This document shows positions 1 through 13,343 of a DNA stretch of 64,000 nt, piece by piece (the stretch's first letter is position 1; each line of letters opens with the position of its first letter). The position numbers were made by a program, and so were the translations under genes. The stretch spans positions 176,018,001 to 176,082,000 of the forward strand of contig OZ024740.1 in NCBI GenBank assembly GCA_964016885.1, read 5' to 3'. The notes beneath the pieces are model-generated. The model did not search any database. It saw only the letters and a program-made list of their open reading frames with translations, and was not told where the DNA came from. Source of the DNA: Eledone cirrhosa (taxonomy: Eukaryota).

Positions 1-38
<38 letters not shown>

Positions 39-490
39 ATATATATTTTTATGTGTATTTAGTGTATACATTCGTATGCGTGCGGGTACAGGCGTTGCGT
101 GGGTTCTGTATGTGCGTGCGTTTTTTTTTTTTTTTTTTTTTGTGTACGTGCGTATATTTGTATACCTATGGCGAGTGTTTTCGCGTATGCTTGTGTATGT
201 ACGTATATGGTTGCGTGTATGTATTTATTTACTTTATTCTTAACCCTGAAGCCGAGAATCTTTCGGTTCCCTAGTTAGAATTTTAGTCTACGACTTCAGT
301 TATACCATTTACGTGGTTTTGGCTTTGCGTGCAATTGTTCTCTACGCTCCACATATGACGTATTATCTTCGTTTTTTACGTTCATTGCCAGAGAACGTCT
401 CTATGAACCACCTAGTAGAATATTAGTCTACGACTTCTTTTATACCATAAACGTGGTTTTGTCTTTGCGTGTTTTTCACCGCTCCAAATA

Positions 491-670
491 ATTGTTTCTA
501 CTTTTGGCACAAGGCCAGCAATTACCAGTGCATTACAGGTACTTTATTTCATCGACCCCGTGAGGCAAAGTTAACCTCGGCGGGATTTGAACTCAGAATG
601 GCAAGGGACGTAACTCTATGCGTCAAAGCATGACGTCCGACCCTCTACCGATACTGCCAATCCACCGCCC
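491..670 (-). mobile_element. tRNA-derived SINE, full length, with ~28-bp TSD
   Basis: Reverse complement of the 30701-30887 copy. Flanked by ctttgcgtgtttttca(c/t)cgct(c/g)caaataat at ~463-491 and ~670-699. Confidence 0.9.
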
Positions 671-832
671 TTTGCGTGTTTTTCATCGCTGCAAATAATG
701 ACGAATTATATTCATTTTTTCCCGTTCTTTGCCAGGGAACGTTTCCACAAATCAAAGTATCGTCTTCCTGTCTTCCTCCGGTTGCAATGTTTTTTGAAAT
801 ATTCAATACCGCGTTTACAGATTGACTTTGTT

Positions 833-883
833 AGTTTCAGAAGATCCCGTTAAGGGTGAAAGCAGCGATTCTTTGCTTAAACT
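833..883 (+). ncRNA. Type I hammerhead-like ribozyme with variant core CAGAAGA
   Basis: Stem I agttt/aaact; CAGAAGA; stem II ccc-gttaa-ggg; GAAA; stem III agca/tgct; CUU triplet. Same motif at 22432-22482; partial at ~30537-30580. Confidence 0.6.
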
Positions 884-903
884 TTAATCTGTTATTTTAA
901 TAA

Positions 904-1033
<130 letters not shown>

Positions 1034-1034
1034 T

Positions 1035-1118
<84 letters not shown>

Positions 1119-1133
1119 CATATATATATATAC

Positions 1134-1190
<57 letters not shown>

Positions 1191-1213
1191 CATATATATA
1201 TACATATATATAC

Positions 1214-1246
<33 letters not shown>

Positions 1247-1254
1247 CATACACT

Positions 1255-1700
1255 TGAAAGAAAAATTTAAGTCTGTATGTGAATTAAGTGCAAACACAAA
1301 ACCAACCATGCATATCTTTACTATCTCTAATCCTTCTATAGATTTAGAAAAATAACCAATACAACCAACGCCAAATAATGAATATTCTATAAAAATGTCA
1401 AACTCAACTAACAAAATAACAGATGAGAATCTAATTACCCACTCTTATAAAAAATTTCTATCCACTCCCTTAACTATTCTTCTAACAACTTCACTCCTCC
1501 CTCTTAATATTCTCTATAAAAACCAAACAAGTTCTCAATGATATTATTCTGATGAAATGGTAGTTGAAAATAACATTGAAATATTGAGTGTCTGTATAAT
1601 TAATACTTTGTAGATAGCAGCTGTTTTCAGATTATATAACTGCTATTGAAACACGTGTCAATAAATTCCTTTTACTGAACTGTATCCATTTAAATCCTTC
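1255..1700 (+). mobile_element. Penelope-like element 3' end (pLTR) remnant between (TA)n tracts
   Basis: Contains the hammerhead at 1544-1664 followed by aataaa; bounded by TA microsatellites. Confidence 0.6.
1544..1664 (+). ncRNA. Type I hammerhead ribozyme, long stem II, palindromic loop 3
   Basis: ttatt-CTGATGA(1549)...~92 nt...GAAAC-ACGT-GTC-aataa; 5-bp stem I; GUC triplet. Confidence 0.75.
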
Positions 1701-2822
1701 TATATATACATATATATATATTTATATATAACAATTAATTCCGTCTGTTCACCGCCCTAGACACATATTTATCGTCCCCGGAAGGAAAGGATGGTTCATA
1801 TAAAATTGACCATGGTGGCATTTGATCTCAGTAAGCTAGGTACCGGACTAAATACTGTAAGGCATATATAATATCAGACGCTCTAAAACGTCTGGCAATT
1901 CGCTACATTTATCGAGTTCATATTGAATTAATGATGTACACATTTTTGTGAATCGATTTCAATCGTGGGATCTTTGTGCGAAAAACTACAATCTCGAATT
2001 TCGCTCTAGTATTTATTCTATTTTTTTATTTTCTTCCCCATTGTGTGATTCAATTAGAATGGTGCTGAGATATTCTGTAGCGGATAGTCAATACTATGTT
2101 CACCCCCACTAACACCATACCATCAACACCACTACACCATCACCGCCGTCACTGCGAGGACACCTAAAACACCCTTAACTTCCCGCCTCCCCAACATCAC
2201 TTATCGATTTAAAAAATAGCCGTTGTGATATTTGTTTTTTACCTTTAAATATTCTCATTGATTCATTAAAAATGCACCCAGTCTTTTGTCAGGTTGAATC
2301 CACCAATATATTATCATGCGAACCATAATTGATTATTTAATTTCCCCTTTTGTAATTCCCTAATCTGTGTGAGAAGAAAGCAAAACGTTGTCAACCGAAG
2401 AGAAAATTATTTGATATTCATCAAAACTAATGGACATATCATTGACATAAATGCAACTAGAAAACGTTTCCATGGAGAGAAAGAACACTACATTCCTCAT
2501 CACTTCATAACTTCTTCTGATGTCATCTCATTAATTTAAACTATTGTCTTTTCGATGATATAATTATTAGATTATCCATTCGGATTCTATTCCTGTTTAA
2601 TCTTTAAAATAATTACAATTTTGGGGTCCTCCGCATCAAAAGCGTTGTATGGGAGAAGAATCAAGCTTCCATATTCTTGTGAACATTATTTTATTTTATT
2701 CTATTTTTCGTTTATATAAATATGTACGTGCCTGTGTTTATGTATTTGTGCTTGTGCAAATATATATACACTCGCATACACACACATACACACATATATA
2801 TATATATGTGTATATATATATA

Positions 2823-2879
<57 letters not shown>

Positions 2880-2881
<2 letters not shown>

Positions 2882-3670
2882 TTTATGAAGAGAGAAGAAA
2901 CAGTTAGATATAATTAGTAATAAAATGTATCATACCTAAACTGCTCCTAGATTCCTCTGCCCCAGTCATTCATTGAGCAACATCGGTGAGGTTGGCACCC
3001 TTAACTCACGGTTGGGTGTGGATGCATTCATGTATATGTGTGTATCCGCATGTATCTGTGTGTTTCTAAATATATTGTTAATAACTCCCTCTGGTTGAGT
3101 AATCTTTGAAGTGTAGTGACTGCTGGAAAGCTGCCATTACTCATACTTCTCGCCCCCTTCACCACCTCTTCTGCGGCTTCAATATAAATACCCCCTCCGC
3201 CTTTTGGTATTTTCTTCGGGGTTATAAGAGGCTTAGCTCTGTTTCTCGACCGTTATATCGCGTGACTATCTCCCCCTCCGCCTTTTGGGATGCTTTCTCA
3301 CGTCGTGTAGACGCGTTCTTGAGGCTAGTAAAATGAGGTATCCTCTTGATAAGTCGGCAGACCTCGCAAGGACTCTATATCTTTATGATGTATTGTTTTT
3401 GTTTATGCCACGAAACTACGTAGTCGAGGAATCTAGGAGCAGTTTAGGTATGATACATTTTATTACTAATTATATCTAAATGTTTCTTCTCTCTTCATAA
3501 AGTATTTTAACTCTGATACTCGTTCAGTCTAGTTCAACCGGATTGGTCTGCCCCAGTCATTCATTGAGCAACATCGGTGAGGTTGGCACCCTTAACTCAC
3601 GGTTGGGTGTGGATGCATTCATGTATATGTGTGTGTCCGCATGTATCTGTGTGTTTCTAAATATATTATA
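2880..3670 (+). mobile_element. Non-coding PLE pLTR/retrozyme-like element with ~590-bp unit, ~115-bp direct repeats and 5' inverted arm
   Basis: Direct repeat ctgccccagtcattc...ctaaatatatt at ~2957-3075 and ~3548-3667. 2880-2957 is the reverse complement of ~3426-3504. Flanked by (TA)n. Confidence 0.8.
3341..3430 (+). ncRNA. Degenerate type I hammerhead (core TTGATAA)
   Basis: tcctc-TTGATAA-gtcggca...tgccac-GAAAC-TACGTA-GTC-gagga; stem I tcctc/gagga perfect. Confidence 0.65.
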
Positions 3671-3689
3671 TATATATATATATATATGC

Positions 3690-4105
3690 AAAAGTTCTAT
3701 TTAAATTGTTGGGATACAACAAGCAAATATTTTTATAACTGATATAAAGCACTCGACAAGTATTTGGAGTAGATATACGATATTAACAAATGGAAACCAT
3801 ATTTATAAGACCATATTTATTTCATTATACATATTTCAAGGATACCAAGTTAAATTATGGTATGCCTTCATCAGACAAAATACAATATATACCAGTTTTA
3901 TAAATAAACATTGACACTATCCTGATGTCTTCCAAAAATAACGGTCGCATTTTGAAAGGGTACGTCAATGTTTATTTATAAAACTGGTATATATTGTATT
4001 TTGTCTGATGTAGGCATACCATAGTTTAACTTGGTATCCTTGAAATATGTATAATGAAATAAATATGGTTTTATAAATATAGTTTCCATTTGTTAATATC
4101 GTATA
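3690..4105 (-). mobile_element. PLE pLTR fold-back; hammerhead at ~3820-3880 (-), mutated copy at ~3999-4059 (+)
   Basis: ~145-bp inverted arms at ~3775-3918 and ~3963-4105. Minus strand reads ttttgt-CTGATGA-agg..cct-t-GAAAT-atgt-ATA-atgaaa. Resembles the pLTR at 16485-16620 and 18665-18840. Confidence 0.75.
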
Positions 4106-4254
4106 TATATATATATAAGTATTGTATTATATACTATAATAAGGTTAAATCTATACATATATATAATGCATATTGATTAAGTTACTCAACAATATATATA
4201 TATATATATACATATATAAATATATAACCCTAACCCTAACACACACACACACAA

Positions 4255-4307
<53 letters not shown>

Positions 4308-4427
4308 TATATTTCTATATTAAATATTTATAATCTTCTATATATTGAGTAGCTTACTCACTGTGGTTACCCCCGTTTGAACTCGGGATAAACTTATATA
4401 TATATATATACATACATATATATACAT

Positions 4428-4493
<66 letters not shown>

Positions 4494-4508
4494 GTGTGTG
4501 TGAACATG

Positions 4509-4634
<126 letters not shown>

Positions 4635-7109
4635 TAGAAGTATTTAATTTGTTGGAAGTCCGACAAATATATATGTTTATAACTGATTTCGGTAGACAAC
4701 GGCGCATATGTGCATTAACACACCTGCACAATGTCGTATTTGTGACAGTATCGTAATTAGCTCAATGTACAAAAACAGAGCCGTTATAGATAAAATAAAT
4801 CAAAGAACGCCTGCATACTCATACAATTTTTATTAGGTAACAATGTTTCATCCATACCGTGGGGCAGGTATCATCAGAGCGTTATAAACAAAAATAATAT
4901 AAGCTCTACCAAGCTTAGTCACCAGAACAGTAGAGATACAGTACAGGATAGTAAGAGGGAGATTGGATATGAGAAGGATGGAGAGAATGCGTAATGGGGT
5001 TGTTAGTCAACATTATAGCAAAACATGAGAATACAAGAATACAAGCAGATTTTCTCACAAGAGACTGAGGCATGTGAAGGCACTCAAATGCAATCAAAAG
5101 CAATTAAAGATAATTAAAAAAATAATTAAAAATAAAAAAAAAATAATAATATAATTAAAAAAAATATATAAAAAAAAAATAATAATAATTTTAAAATGTC
5201 AATTAAAAAAAAGGGGGAAAGAAAAAAAAATTGAAGCGTGTGAAGGCACACAAAAGCAACAAAAGAGGGTATGCATTGTTTACTATAGAAGACAGGTGAT
5301 TTAGTTTCCCATGCCTTAGAGTCATAGAAATACTATGAGACCTATAAGGTACCTTCAGAAGGTCCAAAGGGGATTTTATCCCCCCCCCCCACCCTCCACA
5401 GTATGCGCAAACAGGGTATAGCAGTAGGTTACGGAATTACGTGGACAAGAGGTGTTAAACTTGCACATGGACAAGCACCACACCGATATAACCAAACACC
5501 GACAAAGCGGGGTTAATGCATAAACAAGCTGAAGCAATCAATACACAACAACCATGGTTTAGTCACTGTTTAAGGCATATTTGGCGAGAAGTCATAACAC
5601 ATGTGGATCAACCGTAGATGGTAATCCAATCGCTTTCGTATGTCCCAATCGGCGCCAAGTCATAGCACATGTAGATCGTCCGTAGATGGTAATCCAACCG
5701 TATTTATATGTTCACCAATACATACCAGCACATATGGTAATATGTGTTACAAGCTGATTTTACACATCCAAATCCTCATACGCTCGAAACTCCAAACTGA
5801 GATGTGTTACATGTCCAAGTTGTAACTCCAAATCCTCCTATGATTATGTGTATCCCACTCCGCATTCCAAGCGTAACCGCGTCCAAATATGCAGCAGTAA
5901 TTGCCCGTTAACTCCTCGCGCGCAGCACGTGGATCAACAAGCAACACAAAACAGAAAATAACATAAAAGTGCTCAGATCAAATCCCTAATTCCACCGGGC
6001 ACAACAGCATGTCTGTTAATTGAGGTCGTACTCATACAGGTATACATTAGTCATACAAGACAGCTCCCATATCCCGCAATAATCCAGGAACCCGGCTCCG
6101 CAATGGCAGAGAAAGGGGGACTACTCTATCACCTCATCTATGAGACCATTTCCAACTACCACAGAAATTCATCTACCAAGTGAGTTGCCACACTGTGTCA
6201 ATAAGATTCGTACCAATAAAGAGCTATATTATTGTTAGACCTCCAGAGCTGTCAAGTGGATCATACCATATGCTATTAAATCCCAGATTAACGTAGGATA
6301 TATCTATAAGACCATAATTTACTCTACTAATACTACTATGGGGAAGTGTTCATACTGAGTCGGGTTCAAACAGATGGCATTATATATAGGTACTACGCTA
6401 AAGAGAACCCTAATTTAATACATAGGTGTAGGTACGGGGTCTATCCCCACAATAGGTAGGAGTTATAGCCATTGCTAAGTAGGAGGAGTGGGCAGTGTAT
6501 GTATGTCCTGCAGCAAGAAGGGTCTATATATGGAACTAGATTCTCCCATAGGAGTCTGTGGGACCACACCAAATGGGGCGATTAGGTAAGTTACCTGCCG
6601 CGTAATAGCGACGGGCTGTTATGCCCGATAGAGTACCGTCCATTATCCAGGAGAGATATTTATTGGGACGCTAGGGTATCCATCAGGGACCAAACACGCA
6701 ACTAATTAAAGTTTGAATCCCCGCCCCACACGGGGGCCAGGTGTACCTATACACACCAGCAACCCTCGAGTTGGGGGTAGATGGGTTGGGGTACTATACA
6801 ACCGTACTGGCAGTAGGGAACTCACGAAGTGTAGGTCACGTGGGGGTCACCTCTGGGAAATTAGACATTCGTGTAGTGGGCCGGGCCAACCAGAAACATC
6901 CGATTGTCAAGCAATACACATGTGTAATGGAACAAATGGCCCATAGGCATACAATATTGCATACCGAGGACGATCAACATAAAGAGAAGCTATTTGGTTA
7001 AGGAGGCGGATAGTTGAAAGAGTGTTACAGAGCTACCGAAGAGGGAGGAGTGATATCCCGGTGGATCTAGTTAATTGGCTTAAAGTGGTAAAAGGAACTA
7101 AGATTCATG

Positions 7110-7330
7110 AGTATGCAAGAAGAAAATACTTCTGATTTCCTATTGAGCAGGTTACATCTAGCGTATATTAGGGCGTGAGACTCCAGAAGGCACAGGTTAC
7201 AAGTTTTTCTCGAGGGGCAGTAGGGCGTAGATTTAGTTACCAATCTCCAGTTAAGGATATAATTAATACTAGCATTTTTTAAGAAGGAAATATATTTAGC
7301 CAGGGAGGTGGTATTTCTGAGCCTATATTC
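7110..7330 (-). pseudogene. PLE GIY-YIG endonuclease C-terminal fragment
   Basis: Manual translation NTTSLAKYISFLKNASINYILNWRLVTKSTPYCPSRKTCNLCLLESHALIYARCNLLNRKSEVFSSC matches the PLE pattern TxL..W..Y..CxLCxxE..LLNxxxE. Confidence 0.8.
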
Positions 7331-7877
7331 TGTTTGCGCATACTATTGGGGGGGGGGGGTAAATTCCCCTTTAGACATTCTGAATGTACCTTATGGGTCT
7401 CATAGTATTTCTATGACTCTAAGGCATGGGAAACTAAATCACCTGTCTTCTATAGTAACCAATGCATAGCCTCTTTTGTTGCTTCTGTGTGCCTTCACAT
7501 GCCTCAATTTCTTTTTTGTCCCCTCTTTTTTTAATTAAAATTTTTTTATTATTATTATTTTTTTTAATATATTTTTTAAAATTATATTATTGTTTTTTTA
7601 AATTATTTTTAATTATTTTTTAAATTATTATTTTAATTATCTTTAATTGCTTTTGATTGCTTTTGTGTGCCTTCACATGCCTCAGTCTCTTGTGAGAAAA
7701 TCTGCCTGTATTCTTGTATTCTCATGTTTTGCTATAATGTTGAATAACAACCCCATTACGCATTCTCTCCATCCTTCTCATATCCAATACCCCTCTTACT
7801 ATCCTGTACTCTATCTCTACTGTTCTGGTGGCTAAGCTTGGTAGAGCTTATATTCAGCACTATATTTTTGTTTATAA

Positions 7878-7924
7878 CGCTCTGATGATACCTGCCCCAC
7901 GGTATGGATGAAACATTGTTAGCG
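7878..7924 (+). ncRNA. Type I hammerhead-like motif in pLTR
   Basis: cgct-CTGATGA-tacc(tgccccac)ggta-tggat-GAAAC-att-GTT-agcg. Inverted copy at ~4835-4881 has a broken stem I. Confidence 0.6.
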
Positions 7925-7989
7925 AATAAAAATTGTATGAGTATGTAGGCGTTCTTGGATTTATTTTATCTATCTATCTATATATATAT

Positions 7990-8168
7990 TTATCCCGGGT
8001 TCAAACGGGGGTAACCACAGTAAGTAAGGTACTCAATATATAGCAGAGTATAAATATTTAATATAGAAATAGCTTCTACAGGACTAGAATTGTTTCATTC
8101 GAGCTTCCTGATGATTTCTCCCGAAGAAACAGTTCTACTCCTGTAGAAGCTATTTCTATATTAAATAT
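7990..8168 (+). mobile_element. Short PLE-type fold-back; related fragment at ~4312-4392
   Basis: Arms ~8054-8096 and ~8126-8168. 7990-8070 is the reverse complement of ~4312-4392. Confidence 0.7.
8102..8151 (+). ncRNA. Near-canonical type I hammerhead ribozyme
   Basis: agcttc-CTGATGA-t-ttc(tccc)gaa-GAAACAG(ttctactc)CTGTA-gaagct; 6-bp stem I, 4-bp stem III, GUA triplet. Confidence 0.8.
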
Positions 8169-8169
8169 A

Positions 8170-8692
8170 CTAGCAGAAAAACCACCCTTCGGGTGGTTTT
8201 CTCCTAGCATGTGTAGTGTGTATATTGATATTATACGCAAGTATATATACATGTTGATATGATAGATCAAATAAACAGAAATTGAACGAAGACGTTGTTA
8301 CACTGTCTTATGTAATCAGGTACGTAATCCATGATACATTAAAAAAAGAAGATATTATATATAAACTGCATCAGGAGAAAATTAGTGACAGAAAATTAGT
8401 ATTTTTATTTAAGTGATCGCCACAGGAAGTTTTGACATCACACACTCTCTCTTTCTATATATATGGTAGTTGAAGTGGTGGTGGTGGCAACGATATACCG
8501 GAAGTTCAACTTTGAAAAGAATTCAATTTTAAATTATTTATTTTTACGAAAATATTTTCGTTTACGAAATTTAATAGATAAATTATGTAATATTTATTCA
8601 TTATTTATTCAAAGTAATCCAACTTACTAACGGGATAAAAAAAAAATAAACCGTACGCAGTCCCGCAGACCTTCATTTATTATAGTTTATAT
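8170..8692 (-). mobile_element. Probable non-autonomous Helitron
   Basis: Minus strand ends with hairpin aaaaccaccc-gaa-gggtggtttt then CTAG|T, the Helitron 3' signature. The other end is ctataataaatgaagg, without a clean 5' TC. Confidence 0.55.
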
Positions 8693-8702
8693 ATATATAT
8701 AT

Positions 8703-8734
<32 letters not shown>

Positions 8735-9310
8735 TCTTTCTCCTAGATTTAATAATTAACTAATTAATTTAATTAGACAATTCTATTGATTGGTTAATTA
8801 TTTGTGTTTGTTTAATAACATCTGGTTGAGATCTTATTCGGAATGTTGAGCGGAAATTAATAATATTTCCTTTGTTAACACTTTGAATTTACCTGCCGAA
8901 AATCGTGGGTTACTTCCCTTGTTGGAAATAACACCTGACAACGAAATATTTGAAGGCTGCCTTCTGTAACGGTCACATTTAGTTTGTTCATACCAGTTTG
9001 AGGCAGAACGGAATCCCTGTTGATGAAATGAATCCTCTGTTCGATCATAGAATACCACAAGCTTGCGCGTTACGTAAGTTGGATAAATGATTTCGGATTT
9101 ATAGAAACACCTCGGACGTATATCGTCCGATTTGTCCAGGTCTGTTACTTTGGTATCGTGTGGTTAGGTTTTGCCTACCGCCATGTTCAATTTGTCAAGC
9201 TATTTAAACGTATGTTATTACTCTAAGGACCTACCCTTATTGAGTGCTTTGCTAACTCATTCCTATTGTAGCCAAAGCTTCGATTTTACTACGCTTCCAC
9301 TTGTATAATT

Positions 9311-9407
<97 letters not shown>

Positions 9408-9626
9408 AAGAAGTCGATTGTCAGATCCGCCAAGGGAAACTGTTTCTTTTGGTCTTTCCCCTGCTGGTACTATTTGCCAGTCACAAGTCCTAGCAGAAGT
9501 GTCATTACTTTTTTCTATTCGCAGCGGGACACTATTTCTATATATACACTTCATGTATGAATTATCGAAGCGCTGAATGATTTGAAGTTTGAAAATGGGA
9601 ATTCTACACGTAGAAAATATCTGTAA

Positions 9627-9826
9627 GAACAGTCAATCGCTATAGATAATAGCCTAGAAACTCGGTTAAAATACTCCTATAGACGAAGAAAAGTGGCCAG
9701 CCGCTGCTACAAAGAATCAACCTTCGTATCTCTCGAATTCGAGAGATTCGGAATTTGACTTTTTCCGTCTATATGGGCATTTTACACAATTTTCTAAGCT
9801 ATAATTTATAGCGATCTGTATTGTTA
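9627..9826. repeat. Old diverged fold-back / MITE-like element
   Basis: atcgctata..tagaaa..taaaat..tatagacg..aaaagt mirrored by actttt..cgtctata..atttta..tttcta..tatagcgat; central palindrome tctctcgaattcgagaga. Confidence 0.5.
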
Positions 9827-10947
9827 CTTGAGCAACTTCAGGTCGTGTTTTGCTTCTAAAACCCAATTAATTTCCATGTAAACTACTTTTATTCAAATAT
9901 TGTTCAAATGTATCATATACTGTACAATTCGTTGCAATAAGTTTACATTAAGTAAACATTCAAGCAGGTCGGTGGTTGGTAGTATTGTTTTGTAAGTGCT
10001 CGATTAATGGATTAGGAGATTAACGATTAGCAGGTTAATCCATGCTAATTTTAATTGCTACGGGAATCAATGCGTTTTAAGTAACTGATTTCTTAAATAG
10101 AGTAATTGAAAAGCCGTGACTGGTAAATAGGGTCAACAAACTAAATTGCTTTGTGGTAATCAATTAACCGCATTTGTGTTTCGGGTTGAAATCTAACAGT
10201 AATCAATTTTGCTTTTCCATTATCCCAAGGTCGGTAAAGTAAATACCAGCTAAATATTGGTGTCAATTGAGTTGACTGTACTCTTTCTACTAAGTCGCTG
10301 GCTTTGAGCCAATGTTAAACATTATTAAATTGGGTAACTGGAATGTTTAAAGCGCATTCCTATCCTCTTAGAGGTTTGGCTTATATTCCCTTCATTACAT
10401 CATTGCTTTATAGTCAACGTTTATCAGCTTTTACAGCTGTTTTCTTTGGCAAAGTTTCCATTTATTGCTGTTAAAATAAAACCTATTATTGATAAGTTGC
10501 ATTTCATCTATATATAAATTAGAATAAGCATTATTGCATCAGCAAAAACTCGGTCGTAAGCTTTTTTTTTCATTGCAATGATTCAGTGACACCATCAATA
10601 CAAATAATATTAGATAAGTTAGAGTTAATATATTTATTGCATGAAGTATTAAAAAGCTATCAAGAAATAAACATCTGCGGTGAAGAGACATAAATATTAG
10701 TCAATGCATTATATCAACAAATACGTTAAAGGCTATACTTTTTTGTGAAGGTCAGAATATGAACAATACACATACGGAAGTGTCTTCTGTACTTTCCAGA
10801 AAATGTACATTTTATCAGTTCGTGATATTGGTTTTCCTTCTCTACAGATGGATTTCTTGTTCGCTTTTAGAAGGTCCGTGTATTACATATGTTGACACTA
10901 AAATAACTTTTTTGTTTTTGAAAATATGCATGTATGTGTGTATATTT

Positions 10948-11085
<138 letters not shown>

Positions 11086-11153
11086 AAATTTACAAACAAT
11101 TTTAAAAAGATTGTTTTTATGTATATTATAGCACATGAAAATAGCATGCGTGT

Positions 11154-11502
11154 GAAGAAGAAGAAGAAGAAGAAGAAGAAGAAGAAGAAGAAGAAGAAGA
11201 AGAAGAAGAAGAAGAAGAAGAAGAAGAAGAAGAAGAAGAAGAAGAAGAAGAAGAAGAAGAAGAAGAAGAAGAAGAAGAAGAAGAAGAAGAATTTATCTAT
11301 TGAAAGAACAAAAGGCAAATTTAATCCCGGCGGATCAGAGCAGATTCTGCCAATCTCGTATCTCGTATCAACTGGAAAGAAGTTTTGAGGAGTCTGCCCC
11401 CACGACCCTCTCAGGAAGAAGAAGAAGAAGAAGAAGAAGAAGAAGAAGAAGAAGAAGAAGAAGAAGAAGAAGAAGAAGAAGAAGAAGAAGAAGAAGAAGA
11501 AG

Positions 11503-11532
<30 letters not shown>
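11154..11532. repeat. Two (GAA)n tracts separated by a ~125-bp SINE/LINE-tail fragment
   Basis: GAA runs at ~11154-11290 and ~11415-11532. Confidence 0.9.
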
Positions 11533-11534
<2 letters not shown>

Positions 11535-12434
11535 TTGGTCGATCCGGAGAAAAGAGCAGTGCCTTCGAAAACCGGAGTGATCGCTGCCGTTATTGTTCCA
11601 CTCAAGCTGATACAAGTTTACTCTCATAGGAAAGACATGATTAAAGAGGAAGTTCTAGAGGGCTGACGTTCTGAGCAGAAAGTGCAGGGTCATTGTGGTT
11701 AGTGATGTTCTGGGTAAGGAGAGGACCAGCATAGGTTGTGAAAGGAAGTGGCATAAGTTCAGCAACTTCCGAGGAGCAGTAGCCACTATAGTATAGGTAG
11801 AAGTGGCAAGAGTAGAGACCATGCTACGTCAGAGCTAAACTGAAAGACATAACAACAACATAAATAACAAGAAAATAATAACGGAGACAATAACAACAAC
11901 AACAACAACTTGCTGTGTAGCTACTATGACAACGCCATGTTGTTCCAGGCAATATGGCTAGAGTTAAGTATTTTGGTTATCATGATTCCGTTCAATCAAT
12001 AGATATCTTCAATTGAATTTATGCAATAGTTAATTCCATGCCAATTCCTGAAGCAACTACACACCCTTGAGTTTTTGCTTCTCTCTCACACTTACTTTCT
12101 CCCACCCTCTCTCTCTCTCTCACTATCTCTGTTTCTCTCTGAAGCTATCTCTTCCACGCTGTCTTAGTGTCTCTCTAGTTTTCTTGTTTCTATCTATTTC
12201 AATGTCCCTGATTTTCCATCACTCTCCCTCTCTCCCTCCCTCCCTCCCTGTCTCTCTTTCTCCTTTTCTGTCTGTCTCTCAGTCTGTCTGTCTCTCTCCC
12301 TCTCTTCCTCTCTGTCTCTCCTATTCTCTCTCAATCTCTATTTGTGTGTCATTTAGCCCTCTCTTTTACAATGTATCTATGTCTTCATCTCTCATTCTTT
12401 CCAGCTCTATCACTGTCTGTCTTACTTTTCCTCT

Positions 12435-12474
<40 letters not shown>

Positions 12475-12806
12475 CTCACACTCTCTGATAGTTAACACCA
12501 GCAGATATCAGAAACAGAGATGGACAGATGGAAGGAAACGAAATAACGATTGAATGAAATGAAAAAAAAAATAAAAGGAAGAATGTCTACATAGACAGAT
12601 AGATAGATCGCTTGATATTTTCAAAGATAGATAGATAGACAGACAGACATGTTTATATATATATAGAGAGAGAGATAGAGAGAAAGAGAGATAAATAGAT
12701 ACCCACACACATATATATATAGAGAGAGAGATAGAGAGATAAATAAATAAATAGACACATATATATATATATAGAGAAAGAGAGATAGAAAGATAGATAA
12801 ATAAAT

Positions 12807-12896
<90 letters not shown>

Positions 12897-13017
12897 GTAG
12901 ATAGATACATATATTATTATTATATATTATATATATATATATATATACACATACAGAGGGAGAGAGAGAAAAAGAGAAAGAGAGAGAAGGAGTGGTAGAT
13001 AGATAGAGAGGTATATA

Positions 13018-13102
<85 letters not shown>

Positions 13103-13245
13103 GTAGATAGAGAGGTAGATTGAGGTGCGACAGAAAACCAAATCGAAACATTCAGAAACATATGCCGCTTACAAATTTATCACGCTGTTTCTCTCTCTCG
13201 CTCTCTCTCCGTCTCTCTCTCTTTCTTTCTCTCTCTATCTCTCTA

Positions 13246-13290
<45 letters not shown>

Positions 13291-13296
13291 CCACCT

Positions 13297-13343
<47 letters not shown>

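Larger units (their letters stand above)
4786..7975 (-). mobile_element. 5'-truncated Penelope-like element with ~630-bp inverted pLTRs
   Basis: Arms ~4786-5414 and ~7331-7975 are reverse complements. GIY-YIG C-terminal remnant at ~7110-7330. Hammerhead in each arm. Confidence 0.85.

Noticed and set aside
4915-5103. Near-identical 62-aa ORFs at 4915-5103 (-) and 7647-7835 (+)
   Set aside because: Consequence of the inverted pLTR; non-ATG start and no recognisable domain.
8830-9560. Short unique-sequence ORFs as host exons
   Set aside because: No recognisable domain; one is interrupted by (TA)n; cannot be supported without transcript data.
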